Below, one piece after another: positions 27,259 to 37,118 of a stretch of DNA of 60,061 nucleotides. This DNA is from Patescibacteria group bacterium (GTDB lineage Bacteria > Patescibacteriota > Minisyncoccia > Phycocordibacterales > Phycocordibacteraceae): positions 75,701 through 135,761 of the forward strand of contig JBBTXR010000001.1 in the NCBI GenBank assembly GCA_038062175.1, written 5' to 3'. Position 1 is the first letter of the stretch; every line of letters begins with the position of its first letter. Under the pieces are notes generated by a model. The model saw nothing but the letters and a program-made list of their open reading frames with translations. It did not search any database and was not told the origin of the DNA. The translations under genes were made by a program, and so were the position numbers.

Positions 27259-27942
27259 ATGGCAAAACGCGAACTTAAAGCTCGAGCTATCCAAATGCGA
27301 ATGCGGGAGATGAGTTATAGCCAGATAAAGGCAGAGCTGGGAGTGAGTAAGGGAACCCTGAGTGGATGGCTACAGGATTACCCACTGTCAGAGAGTCGCA
27401 TTAGTGCGCTCCGAGGATGGAATGAACAGCGAATAGAAAGATGCAGAGAAACAAAGGCACTGAAGAAGGAGAAGCGACTTAAATCTGTGTATGAGCGTGT
27501 AGCTAACGATATTGGAGTGCTTTCAGAGCGAGAAATTTTTCTGGCGGGTCTATTTCTTTACTGGGGTGAAGGGAGTAAGACTCAGAGCGCAATGACTGCT
27601 ATTTCGAATACTGATCCTGCGGTATTAGTTTTCTTCATCAAATGGATACAACTACTTGGAGTATCAAAGGAAAATTTGCGAGTATATCTGCATCTATATG
27701 CAGATATGGATATCGAAACCGAAATGCGGTACTGGTCAGACGTGCTCAGTCTACCGAGAGCGGCATTTCGCAAACCCTACATCAAAACATCTAATCGAAT
27801 CGGTCTTACATATCCACAAAAGTTTACGCATGGTACCTGCAATCTGCTCTACGGAAGTCGAGATACCTGCGAGTACGTACAAGCTGCTCTCAAAAGAATC
27901 CGCCATCTTGTTTGCGCGGACTCTACCTCCGTGATTCCATAA
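27259..27942 (+). CDS. HTH plus LAGLIDADG-like protein (CPR tRNA-associated family)
   Basis: N-terminal HTH (SYSQIKAELGVSKGTLSGW); AGLFLYWGEGSK helix and SNTDP. Confidence 0.7.
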   Translation: MAKRELKARAIQMRMREMSYSQIKAELGVSKGTLSGWLQDYPLSESRISALRGWNEQRIERCRETKALKKEKRLKSVYERVANDIGVLSEREIFLAGLFLYWGEGSKTQSAMTAISNTDPAVLVFFIKWIQLLGVSKENLRVYLHLYADMDIETEMRYWSDVLSLPRAAFRKPYIKTSNRIGLTYPQKFTHGTCNLLYGSRDTCEYVQAALKRIRHLVCADSTSVIP

Positions 27943-27946
27943 GGGG

Positions 27947-28020
27947 GCGCCCGTAGCTCAGTTGGTAGATGCAAGCGTCTTATACACGCTAGGTCGGGGG
28001 TTCGAGTCCCTCCGGGCGCA
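27947..28020 (+). tRNA. tRNA-Ile(UAU)
   Basis: Acceptor GCGCCCG/CGGGCGC-A; anticodon arm AGCGT-CT TAT AC-ACGCT; TTCGAGT T-loop. Confidence 0.88.
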
Positions 28021-28084
28021 CAAATTGACCGTATATGAGTGACATGATTTAGTTCATCCGGATTGAAACAATAAGGAGGATGTC

Positions 28085-28864
28085 ATGTCCGCTCGTATGC
28101 TTTCACGGATGAAGTCCGAAGAAATCACAGCCATCATCGATGATCATGCGGCTATCATCAAGGCTGTAAATGATGAGCAGAAGATGCTCGAAGACCGGAA
28201 GCGGTTCGCTGCGGAGGTTGAGCAGAAGCTCGGGTATAAGCATCTCAAGCAGGCTGTCGATGCAGAGAAGCACGATATGCCTGCTGATGTTGTGCTCCTT
28301 AAGACACTTGCTGCTCTTGGTATTCGGCCGCTCGATCGGTCATCGGTTGATCGGTACAAGGCAAGGGAAGTCAGGAACCTGATCAACATCGTGACCAAGT
28401 TCTTCGGCATCCCACTGATGCTCGTCGGCGGACTGGCGATAGCGATCGTCCTGATCTCGAACTGGCGCGAGCCGAAGATCGAGGCGGTGATTGATCCGTG
28501 GTGGAGTCTTATGTTCGGAATCGGACTCTTTCTCACCTGGGCTGAACATGCCCTCATTCCGCGGCGCTCGTGGAGTGTGGACGGCATCCAGCATCTAGGT
28601 AGCGGTTTAAGCAGGAAGTCTGATCTTCTTCCTCGCGAGCTTCTCCAGTTGGTGCTTCGTGTCCGCGAGGCGTTACCTGGAATTCGATTCCTTGTTCATA
28701 CGCTTCATAGAGAGCATGGGCCCTGGTTTCGAATCATCGATTCGGTCGGGCGATTCGTGAACGACCCGGATCCATTTCTCGAGGTTCGGTTCGGCGGCGA
28801 GTCTTATTATATCGCCGTCTGGGATGAGCCGGGCTTTGACGGGAAGCTCATGCAGGTTGATTGA
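28085..28864 (+). CDS. Hypothetical membrane protein (2 TM helices)
   Basis: Strong AAGGAGG RBS; C-terminal DPFLEV...YYIAVWDEPGF. Confidence 0.7.
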   Translation: MSARMLSRMKSEEITAIIDDHAAIIKAVNDEQKMLEDRKRFAAEVEQKLGYKHLKQAVDAEKHDMPADVVLLKTLAALGIRPLDRSSVDRYKAREVRNLINIVTKFFGIPLMLVGGLAIAIVLISNWREPKIEAVIDPWWSLMFGIGLFLTWAEHALIPRRSWSVDGIQHLGSGLSRKSDLLPRELLQLVLRVREALPGIRFLVHTLHREHGPWFRIIDSVGRFVNDPDPFLEVRFGGESYYIAVWDEPGFDGKLMQVD

Positions 28865-28905
28865 TTATCGTAAGCTGGGTCCTGGCGAAAGTCAGGGCCC
28901 TTCTT

Positions 28906-31071
28906 CTATTCCGGATGCACGTGCTCCATTACCTCACGAGCAAGCTCCTTCAGGGCAGGGTACTGAGTAAGATCAGGGTCCTCTTGGATAAGTCGTGCAG
29001 CTTCGGTTCTCGCGGCCTCCACCATCTTTATGTTCTTCAATGCCTCCATCGCAATGTCCGACACACCCCACTGACGTGCGCCATACAGTTCTCCCGATCC
29101 TCGAAGCGCGAGATCATACTCAGCAAGCTCAAAGCCATTCTTTGCGGTGACGAGTGCCTTGAGACGATCTTTGGTTTGACCGGAGGACTTTTCGGGAAGC
29201 GCGAAACAGTATGCTTGTTGCGAGGAGCGGATCACGCGGCCGCGTAGCTGATGCAACTGAGCAAGGCCAAAGCGTTCTGCGCCTTCTATCAGGATCACCG
29301 TCGCGTTCGGTACATTCACACCGACCTCAACGACCGAAGTCGCCACCAGTATCTGCACCTCATTCTTTTCAAAGCGATTCATCACATCCTCTTTATCCTT
29401 CGGCGTCATCTTGCTGTGCAAGATATCAATCGCGGCCTCGGGGAATACTTCACGTTTTAAGCGTTCTGCCTCTGCTTTCACAGACCGTGCCTGTATCGCC
29501 ATTTCTTTTGTAGGGTCCGGTTCGTCGATGCGGGGACAGATGACATACGCTTGGCGACCTTCTGCTAGTTCGCTTCGGACCCGCTCATACGCCTTCTCGC
29601 GGGTCTTCGGATCAATGATCTCGGTAATAACGGGTTTACGACCGGCCGGCATCTCATCAAGCAAGGAAATATCAAGATCTCCATAGATGGTGAGTGCGAG
29701 GGTGCGGGGAATAGGAGTCGCGGTCATGGAAAGAAGGTGCGGAGAGATTCCATCCTTCTTCACGAGCTTTTGCCGATGCGCCTTACCAAAGCGATGTTGC
29801 TCGTCGATGATGGCGTACGCAAGATTCTGGAACTCAAGAGATTTGTAGACAAGTGCATGGGTGCCGATCACGATCGGTATCTCGCCATTTTTTACCCACT
29901 TACTAAACTGCGCCCTCGATACTTTCGTAGATTCTTCCTTTCTAATCTTGGAGGGGAACTTCCGGCATTCGCTGCCTGTGATAAGACCAATAGGTATTGG
30001 GTGATCCTTGAAGTAGGAAACGAAGGTAGAGAAGTGCTGCTTGGCGAGGATTTCGGTCGGACACATGTAGGCGACCTGGAGCGTTCCGCTCTTTCTCCCT
30101 GGTGGTCGAGAGGTTGCGACCATGTATGCGGTAGATGCAGCAACGGCGGTCTTTCCGCTACCCACATCGCCCTCAAGAAGGCGTCGCATCGGATGCGACT
30201 GCTCGAAGTCGAGTACGACACTCTCGATTGAGCGTGACTGAGCTTTTGTCGGCGGGAAGGGGAAGGAAGCGATGAATTCATTCAATGCTCCTCGATCTAC
30301 TTCAACCGAGAGCGCCTTCTCTTTGACGGCAGTGAGTTTCTCGCGCTGCATGCCAAGCTGGATCGCGAATACTTCTTCAAAGGCAAACCGTTTGCGTGCT
30401 ACCTGTGCATCTTCAAGTTTCTTGGGCGCATGCATCCATATGAGCGCGGTTGAAAGGGAGGGGAGGTTGTAGCGTTCAAGTATCTCTTTAGGGATTGGAT
30501 CGGATGTCACCTCATGCAGTCCACCTTCAAAGAGACGCTTCTGCGCATGCAGGAACCAAAGAGAGGAGATTCCTTTGGATTCAGGGTATATGGCATAGAG
30601 GGTGTGCTCTGCCTCACCAGTCGCATCCGTAAAAAGGGTGTCGTGTACGTCTTCGCTCGTGACTGGGGTACGGTCAATCTCAGGGTTCGCAAGATAGCGC
30701 TTTGCGCCTTCTCCCGTAACTTTTCCAGTTGCCTTTACGACCATGCCGTCGGCAAGGGTCTTGGCGATGTAGGGCTGGTTAAACCACATGAGCTTGATGC
30801 GCCCTGATGCGTCTTCAAGCCAGGCTTCGGCAATGGGTCTACGGCTCTTCCACGCCTTACGGGTTTCGGGTTTCCTCACCGTTCCATAGAGTGTCACGTC
30901 GGTACCGGTCGCAGCTCCCGCGATCGTGCCCGTAGGGCCTGCCGACTCATAGCGCGCAGGGAAGTGATAGAGGAGGTCCCGGACCGTTTCAATGCCGAGC
31001 TTGCCGAGCGCTTTCTTCTGGTCGGGCTTCAGGCGGGTAAAGTGCTTTTCGATGGAATCGAAGGGGTGCAT
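28906..31071 (-). CDS. recG: ATP-dependent DNA helicase RecG
   Basis: EGDVGSGKT, DEQHRFG, MTATPIPRT, QLHQLRGRV; start at ATG 31071. Confidence 0.96.
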   Translation of the reverse strand: MHPFDSIEKHFTRLKPDQKKALGKLGIETVRDLLYHFPARYESAGPTGTIAGAATGTDVTLYGTVRKPETRKAWKSRRPIAEAWLEDASGRIKLMWFNQPYIAKTLADGMVVKATGKVTGEGAKRYLANPEIDRTPVTSEDVHDTLFTDATGEAEHTLYAIYPESKGISSLWFLHAQKRLFEGGLHEVTSDPIPKEILERYNLPSLSTALIWMHAPKKLEDAQVARKRFAFEEVFAIQLGMQREKLTAVKEKALSVEVDRGALNEFIASFPFPPTKAQSRSIESVVLDFEQSHPMRRLLEGDVGSGKTAVAASTAYMVATSRPPGRKSGTLQVAYMCPTEILAKQHFSTFVSYFKDHPIPIGLITGSECRKFPSKIRKEESTKVSRAQFSKWVKNGEIPIVIGTHALVYKSLEFQNLAYAIIDEQHRFGKAHRQKLVKKDGISPHLLSMTATPIPRTLALTIYGDLDISLLDEMPAGRKPVITEIIDPKTREKAYERVRSELAEGRQAYVICPRIDEPDPTKEMAIQARSVKAEAERLKREVFPEAAIDILHSKMTPKDKEDVMNRFEKNEVQILVATSVVEVGVNVPNATVILIEGAERFGLAQLHQLRGRVIRSSQQAYCFALPEKSSGQTKDRLKALVTAKNGFELAEYDLALRGSGELYGARQWGVSDIAMEALKNIKMVEAARTEAARLIQEDPDLTQYPALKELAREVMEHVHPE

Positions 31072-31140
31072 GCAGGAGCAGTATACGCTTTTCGGAAAGA
31101 ACATCAGTTCTTCATCGTCATATGACGTATAGTGATCTAT

Positions 31141-32754
31141 ATGTCTCGGTACGCACGCCACTGGTCAATCGCTCTCACGGTCCTTTTGATCGCATCGTTT
31201 CTGTTTGCGTTCCCGATGTCGTATCTCCAAGCGGCATCAAAGCCGAAACTTGCCGGAGCAAGCGCACTCACCGTTGAGGATCTACAGACTGCCTACGAGG
31301 AAGCGCAGGCAGGTGGCGACAAGGTGCGTATCATGGTGGTGCCGGGACACGAGCCTACGTATGGTGGTGCACAGTACCAGGGATACTACGAGCGTGAACT
31401 CGTGGTCATGCTTTCAGAAAAGCTTGCGACCGAGCTCCGAGCTGACCCCAATATCGAAGTCATCGTCGCGCGTGACGAGACTGACTGGAATAGTACGCTC
31501 GAGCGGTACTTTGATCGTAACGAGAAGGCAATTGAAAAGTTCGTTGCGACCCACAAGAAGGAATTCAAGCGGCTTTTGAAGCGCGGAAAGGCAGATGAGA
31601 ATGAGGAGCAGGCAGGACACAACGCTGCACCAAACGATGTGGCATATCGCCTTTATGGCATCACCAAGTGGAGTAATGAAAACGACGTTGATCTCATGAT
31701 CCATGTGCATCTCAATGATGCGGGTGGCCGAAGCGCGGACGCGCCTGGTGCTTACACTGGTCTCTCCATCTATGTGCCGTACCAGGAATTTGGTAATTCT
31801 GATGCGTCTATAGAAATTGCAGAAGAGGTATTTGATCGACTCACAGACATAGCGGCAAAGTCGACTCTTGCGATTGAGGACAAGGGTATTGTTGAGGACC
31901 AGGAGCTGATTGCGCTTGGCTCGCACAACACCTCTGCCGTTCCAAGCGTTCTTATTGAATACGGCTACATTTACGAGCCTAAGTTTATCGAGGCAGGAGT
32001 CCGCGACATAGTCTTTAGCGACTACGCCTACCAGACGGCACGAGGACTCGCTGATTTCTTTGGACGAAACGCAGGAGGCACCTACAGCACTCGTGTACTT
32101 CCATACACCTGGACCGGTGACGTAGTCGCGCAGGCAGGCGGGCTACCATTTGCGTCCGCTCTTGTTGGCACGACAACGACTACTACAAGTGAGGCGACCG
32201 TTCCGCTCTACGCACTCCAGCATGCACTCAAGCAGGAAGGATTTTATCCACCTGCGCCATCGACTCTCATCAACTGTCCGATCGATGGGAAAATGTCTGC
32301 ATGCGTGACCGATGCGCTCAAGGCATATCAGAGTGCGAAAGGCATCACGGTAAGCGGCACACTCGATGCGGCTACGCGCAACGCGCTGAACGCGACCTAT
32401 AGCATCGGATTCACTCCTGAACCGGTGGTAGCGGCGCCTGTAACTATCACTCCTGCTCCTGCTGCGCCTACCACTTCGGTAGTCACAAACACCTCCTGCA
32501 CTCCGTTCACCACCACGCTTGAGCTCGATAGCACTGACGCTGATACCAAGGGCGAGGTGACTCGTCTTCAGAAGATTCTTGCGCAGGACAAGACCATCTA
32601 TCCAGAAGGGAAGGTAACCGGATACTTTGGCCCGGCAACCGATAAAGCGGTTAAGGCCTTCCAGTTGAAGAACAAGATCACCACTGAGGGAAGTACGGGA
32701 TATGGTCTGGTAGGTCCTGCAACCGGGAAAGCACTCGCAGCGCTTTGTAAATAA
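31141..32754 (+). CDS. N-acetylmuramoyl-L-alanine amidase (Amidase_3) with two peptidoglycan-binding domains
   Basis: Signal/TM segment; PGHE..ERE..IHVHLND..VLIEYGY ligands; VTRLQKIL..GYFGPATDKAVKAFQ PG_binding_1. Confidence 0.88.
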   Translation: MSRYARHWSIALTVLLIASFLFAFPMSYLQAASKPKLAGASALTVEDLQTAYEEAQAGGDKVRIMVVPGHEPTYGGAQYQGYYERELVVMLSEKLATELRADPNIEVIVARDETDWNSTLERYFDRNEKAIEKFVATHKKEFKRLLKRGKADENEEQAGHNAAPNDVAYRLYGITKWSNENDVDLMIHVHLNDAGGRSADAPGAYTGLSIYVPYQEFGNSDASIEIAEEVFDRLTDIAAKSTLAIEDKGIVEDQELIALGSHNTSAVPSVLIEYGYIYEPKFIEAGVRDIVFSDYAYQTARGLADFFGRNAGGTYSTRVLPYTWTGDVVAQAGGLPFASALVGTTTTTTSEATVPLYALQHALKQEGFYPPAPSTLINCPIDGKMSACVTDALKAYQSAKGITVSGTLDAATRNALNATYSIGFTPEPVVAAPVTITPAPAAPTTSVVTNTSCTPFTTTLELDSTDADTKGEVTRLQKILAQDKTIYPEGKVTGYFGPATDKAVKAFQLKNKITTEGSTGYGLVGPATGKALAALCK

Positions 32755-32755
32755 G

Positions 32756-32784
32756 GAAAAGCCGTCCACAGAGGCGGCTTTTTC
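32756..32784 (+). terminator. Terminator
   Basis: GAAAAGCCGTC...GGCGGCTTTTT. Confidence 0.7.
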
Positions 32785-32806
32785 ATTTACCTATATACTT
32801 CTTCGC

Positions 32807-33949
32807 ATGAAGAAGAACCCGAAGCAGATCGTCGACGCGTTCAAAAAAACCGGTGCTCGTATCGAGACACGGTCACGAGTGAAGATGAACACGAAAGAGG
32901 CCTTTGCGCTCTACTACACTCCGGGTGTGGGTGCAGCGTCCATGCATCTTGCGAAGAACCCCAAGGACACGCGAGCAATGTCAGTGAAGAAGAATTCAGT
33001 TGCGGTCATCTCCGACGGCTCTGCGGTGCTTGGTCTGGGGAACATTGGTCCGTATGGCGCACTACCGGTGATGGAAGGAAAGGCACTCATCTTCCGTGAG
33101 CTTGGCGGCATTGATGCATGGCCGATTGTTCTCAACACCCAGAACGTGGATGAGATCGTGAAGACCATCACCGCCATCGCTCCTGGGTGGGGCGGTATTA
33201 ACCTCGAAGACTTCAAGGCGCCTGAATGCTTTGAGATCGAGCGTAGGCTTATCGAGGCACTCGATATTCCCGTGATGCATGACGATCAGCATGGCACGGC
33301 AATCGTGGTGCTCGCAGGCCTCATTAATGCGATGCAGGTGGTTGGAAAGAAATGGAATGGCTCCTGGATCACGATTGCAGGAGTAGGGGCTGCGGGTGTC
33401 GCAATCATCAGACTTTTGAAGCGCTACGCCCCTGGCGTGAACATCATCGCCGTCGATCGCGAAGGTATCATCTGGGACGCACGAAAGGATTTAAATAGTA
33501 CAAAAAGAAAGTTGATCGAGGACAAACTCATCTTCGCGGAAGAGGGAGGAGATCTGAAGACTGCGCTCATTGAGTCTGATGTATTCATCGGAGTCTCAGG
33601 ACCTAATCTCCTTACCGCTGACGATATTGCACTTATGGCAGACAAATCAATTGTGTTCGCGCTCTCCAATCCCGTTCCGGAGATTCTCCCTGAGGAAGCA
33701 AGGAAGGGGGGTGCGGCGGTAACGGCAACGGGGCGGTCTGACTTTGCAAATCAGATTAATAACGCCCTCGTGTTCCCGGGTGTGTTCCGAGGTGCGCTTG
33801 ATAAAGGAGTGACGCGTATTACTGATGAATCAAAGCTCCGTGCGGCAAAAGCACTTGCAGCATTGGTTATAAAGCCAACAGCAACAAAGATCATCCCCGA
33901 TATTCTCGATAAGAGGGTGGTGAAAGCAGTTGCAGCTGCGATTCGCTAG
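32807..33949 (+). CDS. NAD(P)-dependent malic enzyme
   Basis: [32 protein letters not shown]. Confidence 0.95.
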   Translation: MKKNPKQIVDAFKKTGARIETRSRVKMNTKEAFALYYTPGVGAASMHLAKNPKDTRAMSVKKNSVAVISDGSAVLGLGNIGPYGALPVMEGKALIFRELGGIDAWPIVLNTQNVDEIVKTITAIAPGWGGINLEDFKAPECFEIERRLIEALDIPVMHDDQHGTAIVVLAGLINAMQVVGKKWNGSWITIAGVGAAGVAIIRLLKRYAPGVNIIAVDREGIIWDARKDLNSTKRKLIEDKLIFAEEGGDLKTALIESDVFIGVSGPNLLTADDIALMADKSIVFALSNPVPEILPEEARKGGAAVTATGRSDFANQINNALVFPGVFRGALDKGVTRITDESKLRAAKALAALVIKPTATKIIPDILDKRVVKAVAAAIR

Positions 33950-34404
33950 TCGCGCTGGATTGCGTGCCGCACGCGTTCGAAGACGGTGGTGAACCAGGCG
34001 CGGTCGGCCGCAAAACGTTCAGGACGTTCCCCGACACCAAGAACGTTCATGATACGTGAGAGTGATGTCCACTGTGCATCATCGATTTCTTTGGTCGGTG
34101 CCAGTTCGCTTTTTGATGCTGCGGCAAACAGGAACATGCGTATTTCCTTTCCGGGTCGTATCACCCCGTCATACTGATCGTAGGGGCGGTGGAATACTCC
34201 AAGATCATCAATGTACTCAAGATCGGTAAGACCGGTCTCTTCGGCAATTTCGCGTCGTGCTGCCTCTTCATCGGTTTCGCCTGGTTCAATACGTCCCTTG
34301 GGAAATAGCCACGTACCGCTTGCACGGCTTTTCACGAGAGCAATCGTGCCATGGTCTCCAAGTGCGATCCCGCCTGCACACTTTTCTTCAGGGGGAATTA
34401 TCAT
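33946..34404 (-). CDS. NUDIX hydrolase
   Basis: [22 protein letters not shown] Nudix box; ATGA overlap with the upstream gene. Confidence 0.9.
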   Translation of the reverse strand: MIIPPEEKCAGGIALGDHGTIALVKSRASGTWLFPKGRIEPGETDEEAARREIAEETGLTDLEYIDDLGVFHRPYDQYDGVIRPGKEIRMFLFAAASKSELAPTKEIDDAQWTSLSRIMNVLGVGERPERFAADRAWFTTVFERVRHAIQRD

Positions 34405-34745
34405 GTGCGACGAGGGAAGTGCATCCACACAAGCGCTAGTGCCATAAGCGCAATCGATACATCTCGGAAGAGCACGTCAAACTGACCAAGATTGAAGATA
34501 ACAATCGCAAGTAGCATGGCTGCGGCAGCCGCGCTTGGAATCCAGATGCGCTTTCCAAAGAGAATCCAGAGTGCGATCACGATCTCGATGGCACCAAAGA
34601 CATGCAGTGCCGTCATCGACGCTGGGATAAAGGCAGGGAAGTACCCAAGCCAAGAGTCAGGATCAAAGAAAGCTGCAATCGGGGGATATAGGAAAGAGAA
34701 CGCAACCCCGAGGCGTAGGAGGAGTTCGGCAAGCGGGACACGCAT
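34401..34745 (-). CDS. DoxX-like membrane protein
   Basis: [16 protein letters not shown]; four TM helices. Confidence 0.75.
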   Translation of the reverse strand: MRVPLAELLLRLGVAFSFLYPPIAAFFDPDSWLGYFPAFIPASMTALHVFGAIEIVIALWILFGKRIWIPSAAAAAMLLAIVIFNLGQFDVLFRDVSIALMALALVWMHFPRRT

Positions 34746-34749
34746 AGGG

Positions 34750-35223
34750 CTACTCTACAACCACCGTGCCGCCATGTGCTGCGCGTGCATGGTTGTGGTA
34801 GTCGAAGGAGCCGGCCTTGGTAAAGGTATAGCTCCAGGTGGTGTTCGGTGCTGAGCGTACGCACTGATCGAAGGATCCGTTGGTGTTCGTTCCGTCGGCA
34901 CAGTGCTCACGAGTCGATGTGCCGTCGTAGTTCGTGTGTGTAGGGTGTTCATCCGCACCGACCCACATGTCGCCGCTTGAGGTATTTGTAAATGTGACCG
35001 TATCACCCACGGCAACCCGAACGGATGAAGGGGAGAACCCTGTATCGCTATAGGTGATCGTCGTGGACTCCAGAGTAGTTCCAGACGGCTGCTCAACCGT
35101 GCCGGTAGGAGTGGTGGTCGCCATCTCTTCTGCGGTCGGCTCCATGGTGCGACCAAAGGCAAACCAAGCACCGACAATAACGATGACGACGATAATAAGT
35201 ATCCAAAGCAATCGAGCATTCAT
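34750..35223 (-). CDS. Membrane-anchored cupredoxin-fold protein
   Basis: FSPSSVRVAVGDTVTFTN, YTFTKAG..YHNH...HGGTVVVE. Confidence 0.85.
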   Translation of the reverse strand: MNARLLWILIIVVIVIVGAWFAFGRTMEPTAEEMATTTPTGTVEQPSGTTLESTTITYSDTGFSPSSVRVAVGDTVTFTNTSSGDMWVGADEHPTHTNYDGTSTREHCADGTNTNGSFDQCVRSAPNTTWSYTFTKAGSFDYHNHARAAHGGTVVVE

Positions 35224-35295
35224 AGACGGAATAATTATAGGTAACAAGTGTACCGATACTATATACCTCGCGTCACGTATCTGCTGCGGGGATAG

Positions 35296-35457
35296 TTAGG
35301 CGGTAAGCGGCGGAAGATGCGCCCAGTGCGGTCGCTGTTCTCGTACGGAGCGCTCTGGCATACGCAGATCAAGTATTGCTGCGATACGTTCGACGATGGT
35401 CTGCTTTGTAGTGGTGCGTGCAAGTGCGCGCTCCATGCTTACCGATTTATTTTTCAT
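35296..35457 (-). CDS. Small 53-aa hypothetical protein (not in the ORF track)
   Basis: MKNKSVSMERALARTTTKQTIVERIAAILDLR...; fills the gap between co-oriented genes. Confidence 0.4.
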   Translation of the reverse strand: MKNKSVSMERALARTTTKQTIVERIAAILDLRMPERSVREQRPHWAHLPPLTA

Positions 35458-35499
35458 ACCCCTGCATCGTAGATGCTTTGGTATGAGTGCTGTATGAAG

Positions 35500-36363
35500 C
35501 TAACGAGGAAAGACGTCTAAGAGCTCGTCAGAGCGATAGAACTCACCACCTAACACGCCAAACGGATAGGACCTGCCTCCTACGCTAATTGCGGCACCTG
35601 CGGCCTGCGGAGAAGCGTTTGGGTTCGAGCGTTCAAATCCAATATTAAAGAGTGTCACCAGAATCTCCGGCTTTCCTATAAGCGAGTGTCCCGCAGCCTG
35701 CCACTGCGCCTCGATCTCTCGAAGATAAAGTGCGGTGTAGAGATAGGAGTAGTAGTGATTTTTTGCGTCAGTGAGACGGTTGTAAAGTTCAGCATCCTCA
35801 TCGACTCCTTCGGGGTATGCAATAAGTGCAGCGTAGGTAGGGCCTGGGTAAAACGGAGAAGTCGCGTCACGCGCATGTCGCTCAATCTCCCGCGCCGTTT
35901 CCTGCTTGATGCCTGAGACACCAAGAGAGAACTGCGAAAGGGAACCGAGGATCTTAAGTGGTTCAAAGTATCGCTTGAACACTTCGCGTTCAGAGGTGAA
36001 AAACCGAATCTGCTCAGGGATGACGGTTGCAGCGATCAGGCGTGCATCGACACCGGTCTCACGAGAGACGCGTTCGATAATCGCTGCATCTTTCCTGAGT
36101 CCCCCCTCCACCACCTTCCATTCCGGCGTGTCCTGCCATGTGCACTCGGACTTCTTTGTGTCATTGCAGGGAGCGGATGCTGGTGCATGCACTGCCGCTG
36201 CAGAGACGAAGAACGAGTTGCGTTCCTCGATCGCACCGCGGACATTTAGGAGCCCCAACTGCATGGCGATAAATACCGCAGTGAAAGCGAGGCCGATGAG
36301 GGCAAATATGCCCAGAAGTATGAGTATGATCTTTTTAACCCAACTGTTCATGTGGTTTTTCAT
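35500..36363 (-). CDS. Membrane-anchored lysozyme/lytic-transglycosylase-like protein
   Basis: IAATVIPEQ (candidate catalytic Glu), SLGVSGIK, TLFNIG resemble SLT motifs I-III. Confidence 0.6.
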   Translation of the reverse strand: MKNHMNSWVKKIILILLGIFALIGLAFTAVFIAMQLGLLNVRGAIEERNSFFVSAAAVHAPASAPCNDTKKSECTWQDTPEWKVVEGGLRKDAAIIERVSRETGVDARLIAATVIPEQIRFFTSEREVFKRYFEPLKILGSLSQFSLGVSGIKQETAREIERHARDATSPFYPGPTYAALIAYPEGVDEDAELYNRLTDAKNHYYSYLYTALYLREIEAQWQAAGHSLIGKPEILVTLFNIGFERSNPNASPQAAGAAISVGGRSYPFGVLGGEFYRSDELLDVFPR

Positions 36364-36388
36364 TAAACGCTATGCGAGCACAACGTTG

Positions 36389-36477
36389 CGGAGTCGCAGG
36401 GATTCGAACCCTGGAGGGGCTTTAACACCCCTACGTCATTAGCAGTGACGCGCTTTCGACCACTCAGCCACGACTCC
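36389..36477 (-). tRNA. tRNA-Ser(GCU)
   Basis: GGAGTCG/CGACTCC-G; CGTCA-CT GCT AA-TGACG; long variable arm. Confidence 0.95.
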
Positions 36478-36518
36478 TCGTGTGTTTCAAATTATCATTT
36501 AGTACTCGTTTTCGCCAT

Positions 36519-37094
36519 TTAATGAGCAAGAGCGAGTAGCTCAATTCTCTTTGTGCCCGCGGATCTAAGCGCCATCGCGGCCTCTCGTAACGTTGAACCA
36601 GTGGTCATCACGTCATCAAGGACGAGGTAAGGGGTTGAAGGATCAATATCTGTCGCTACAAAAGCGTCCCTCACATTCTCCTTGCGATTTCTGCCTGACT
36701 GCTCGGTTTGTGGCAGGGTCTCCCTCGTGCGCTTCAATATATGAGTGTTCACAAGAAGACCACTTCTCTTTGCGATCTCTTCTACCTGGTTATAGCCGCG
36801 TTCCTTCTTTCGCTTTGATCCAAGGGGGATGGGCAGCACTATCACCGACGCGTTCTTTATATAGGTACGTAATACCTCTCCGAGGAGCTGTTGCGCATGA
36901 CTATTACCCTTGAATTTTGCTTCCAGGATACAGGCGCGTACACGTGGGTGTCGGTAGGGGAGGAGGGTGGTGCGGGAGCCTTGCATCTCGGGCTTCATAA
37001 GTATCAGAAGATCTTCTCGGGTTGTGCTGCGCACGAGCGCTTCCGTATCCCGTAAGGGGAAGAGGATATCGAGTATTAGAGAAAGAAGCCGCAT
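36519..37094 (-). CDS. comF: ComF-family phosphoribosyltransferase-like competence protein
   Basis: ERGYNQ, RKENVRDAF, VLDDVMTTGST. Confidence 0.9.
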   Translation of the reverse strand: MRLLSLILDILFPLRDTEALVRSTTREDLLILMKPEMQGSRTTLLPYRHPRVRACILEAKFKGNSHAQQLLGEVLRTYIKNASVIVLPIPLGSKRKKERGYNQVEEIAKRSGLLVNTHILKRTRETLPQTEQSGRNRKENVRDAFVATDIDPSTPYLVLDDVMTTGSTLREAAMALRSAGTKRIELLALAH

Positions 37095-37118
37095 ATACCT
37101 GCATGATACAATCGCTAC

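Noticed and set aside
27947-28020. Reading the tRNA as Val(UAC)
   Set aside because: The 5-bp stem defines a 7-nt loop centred on TAT; TAC is out of register
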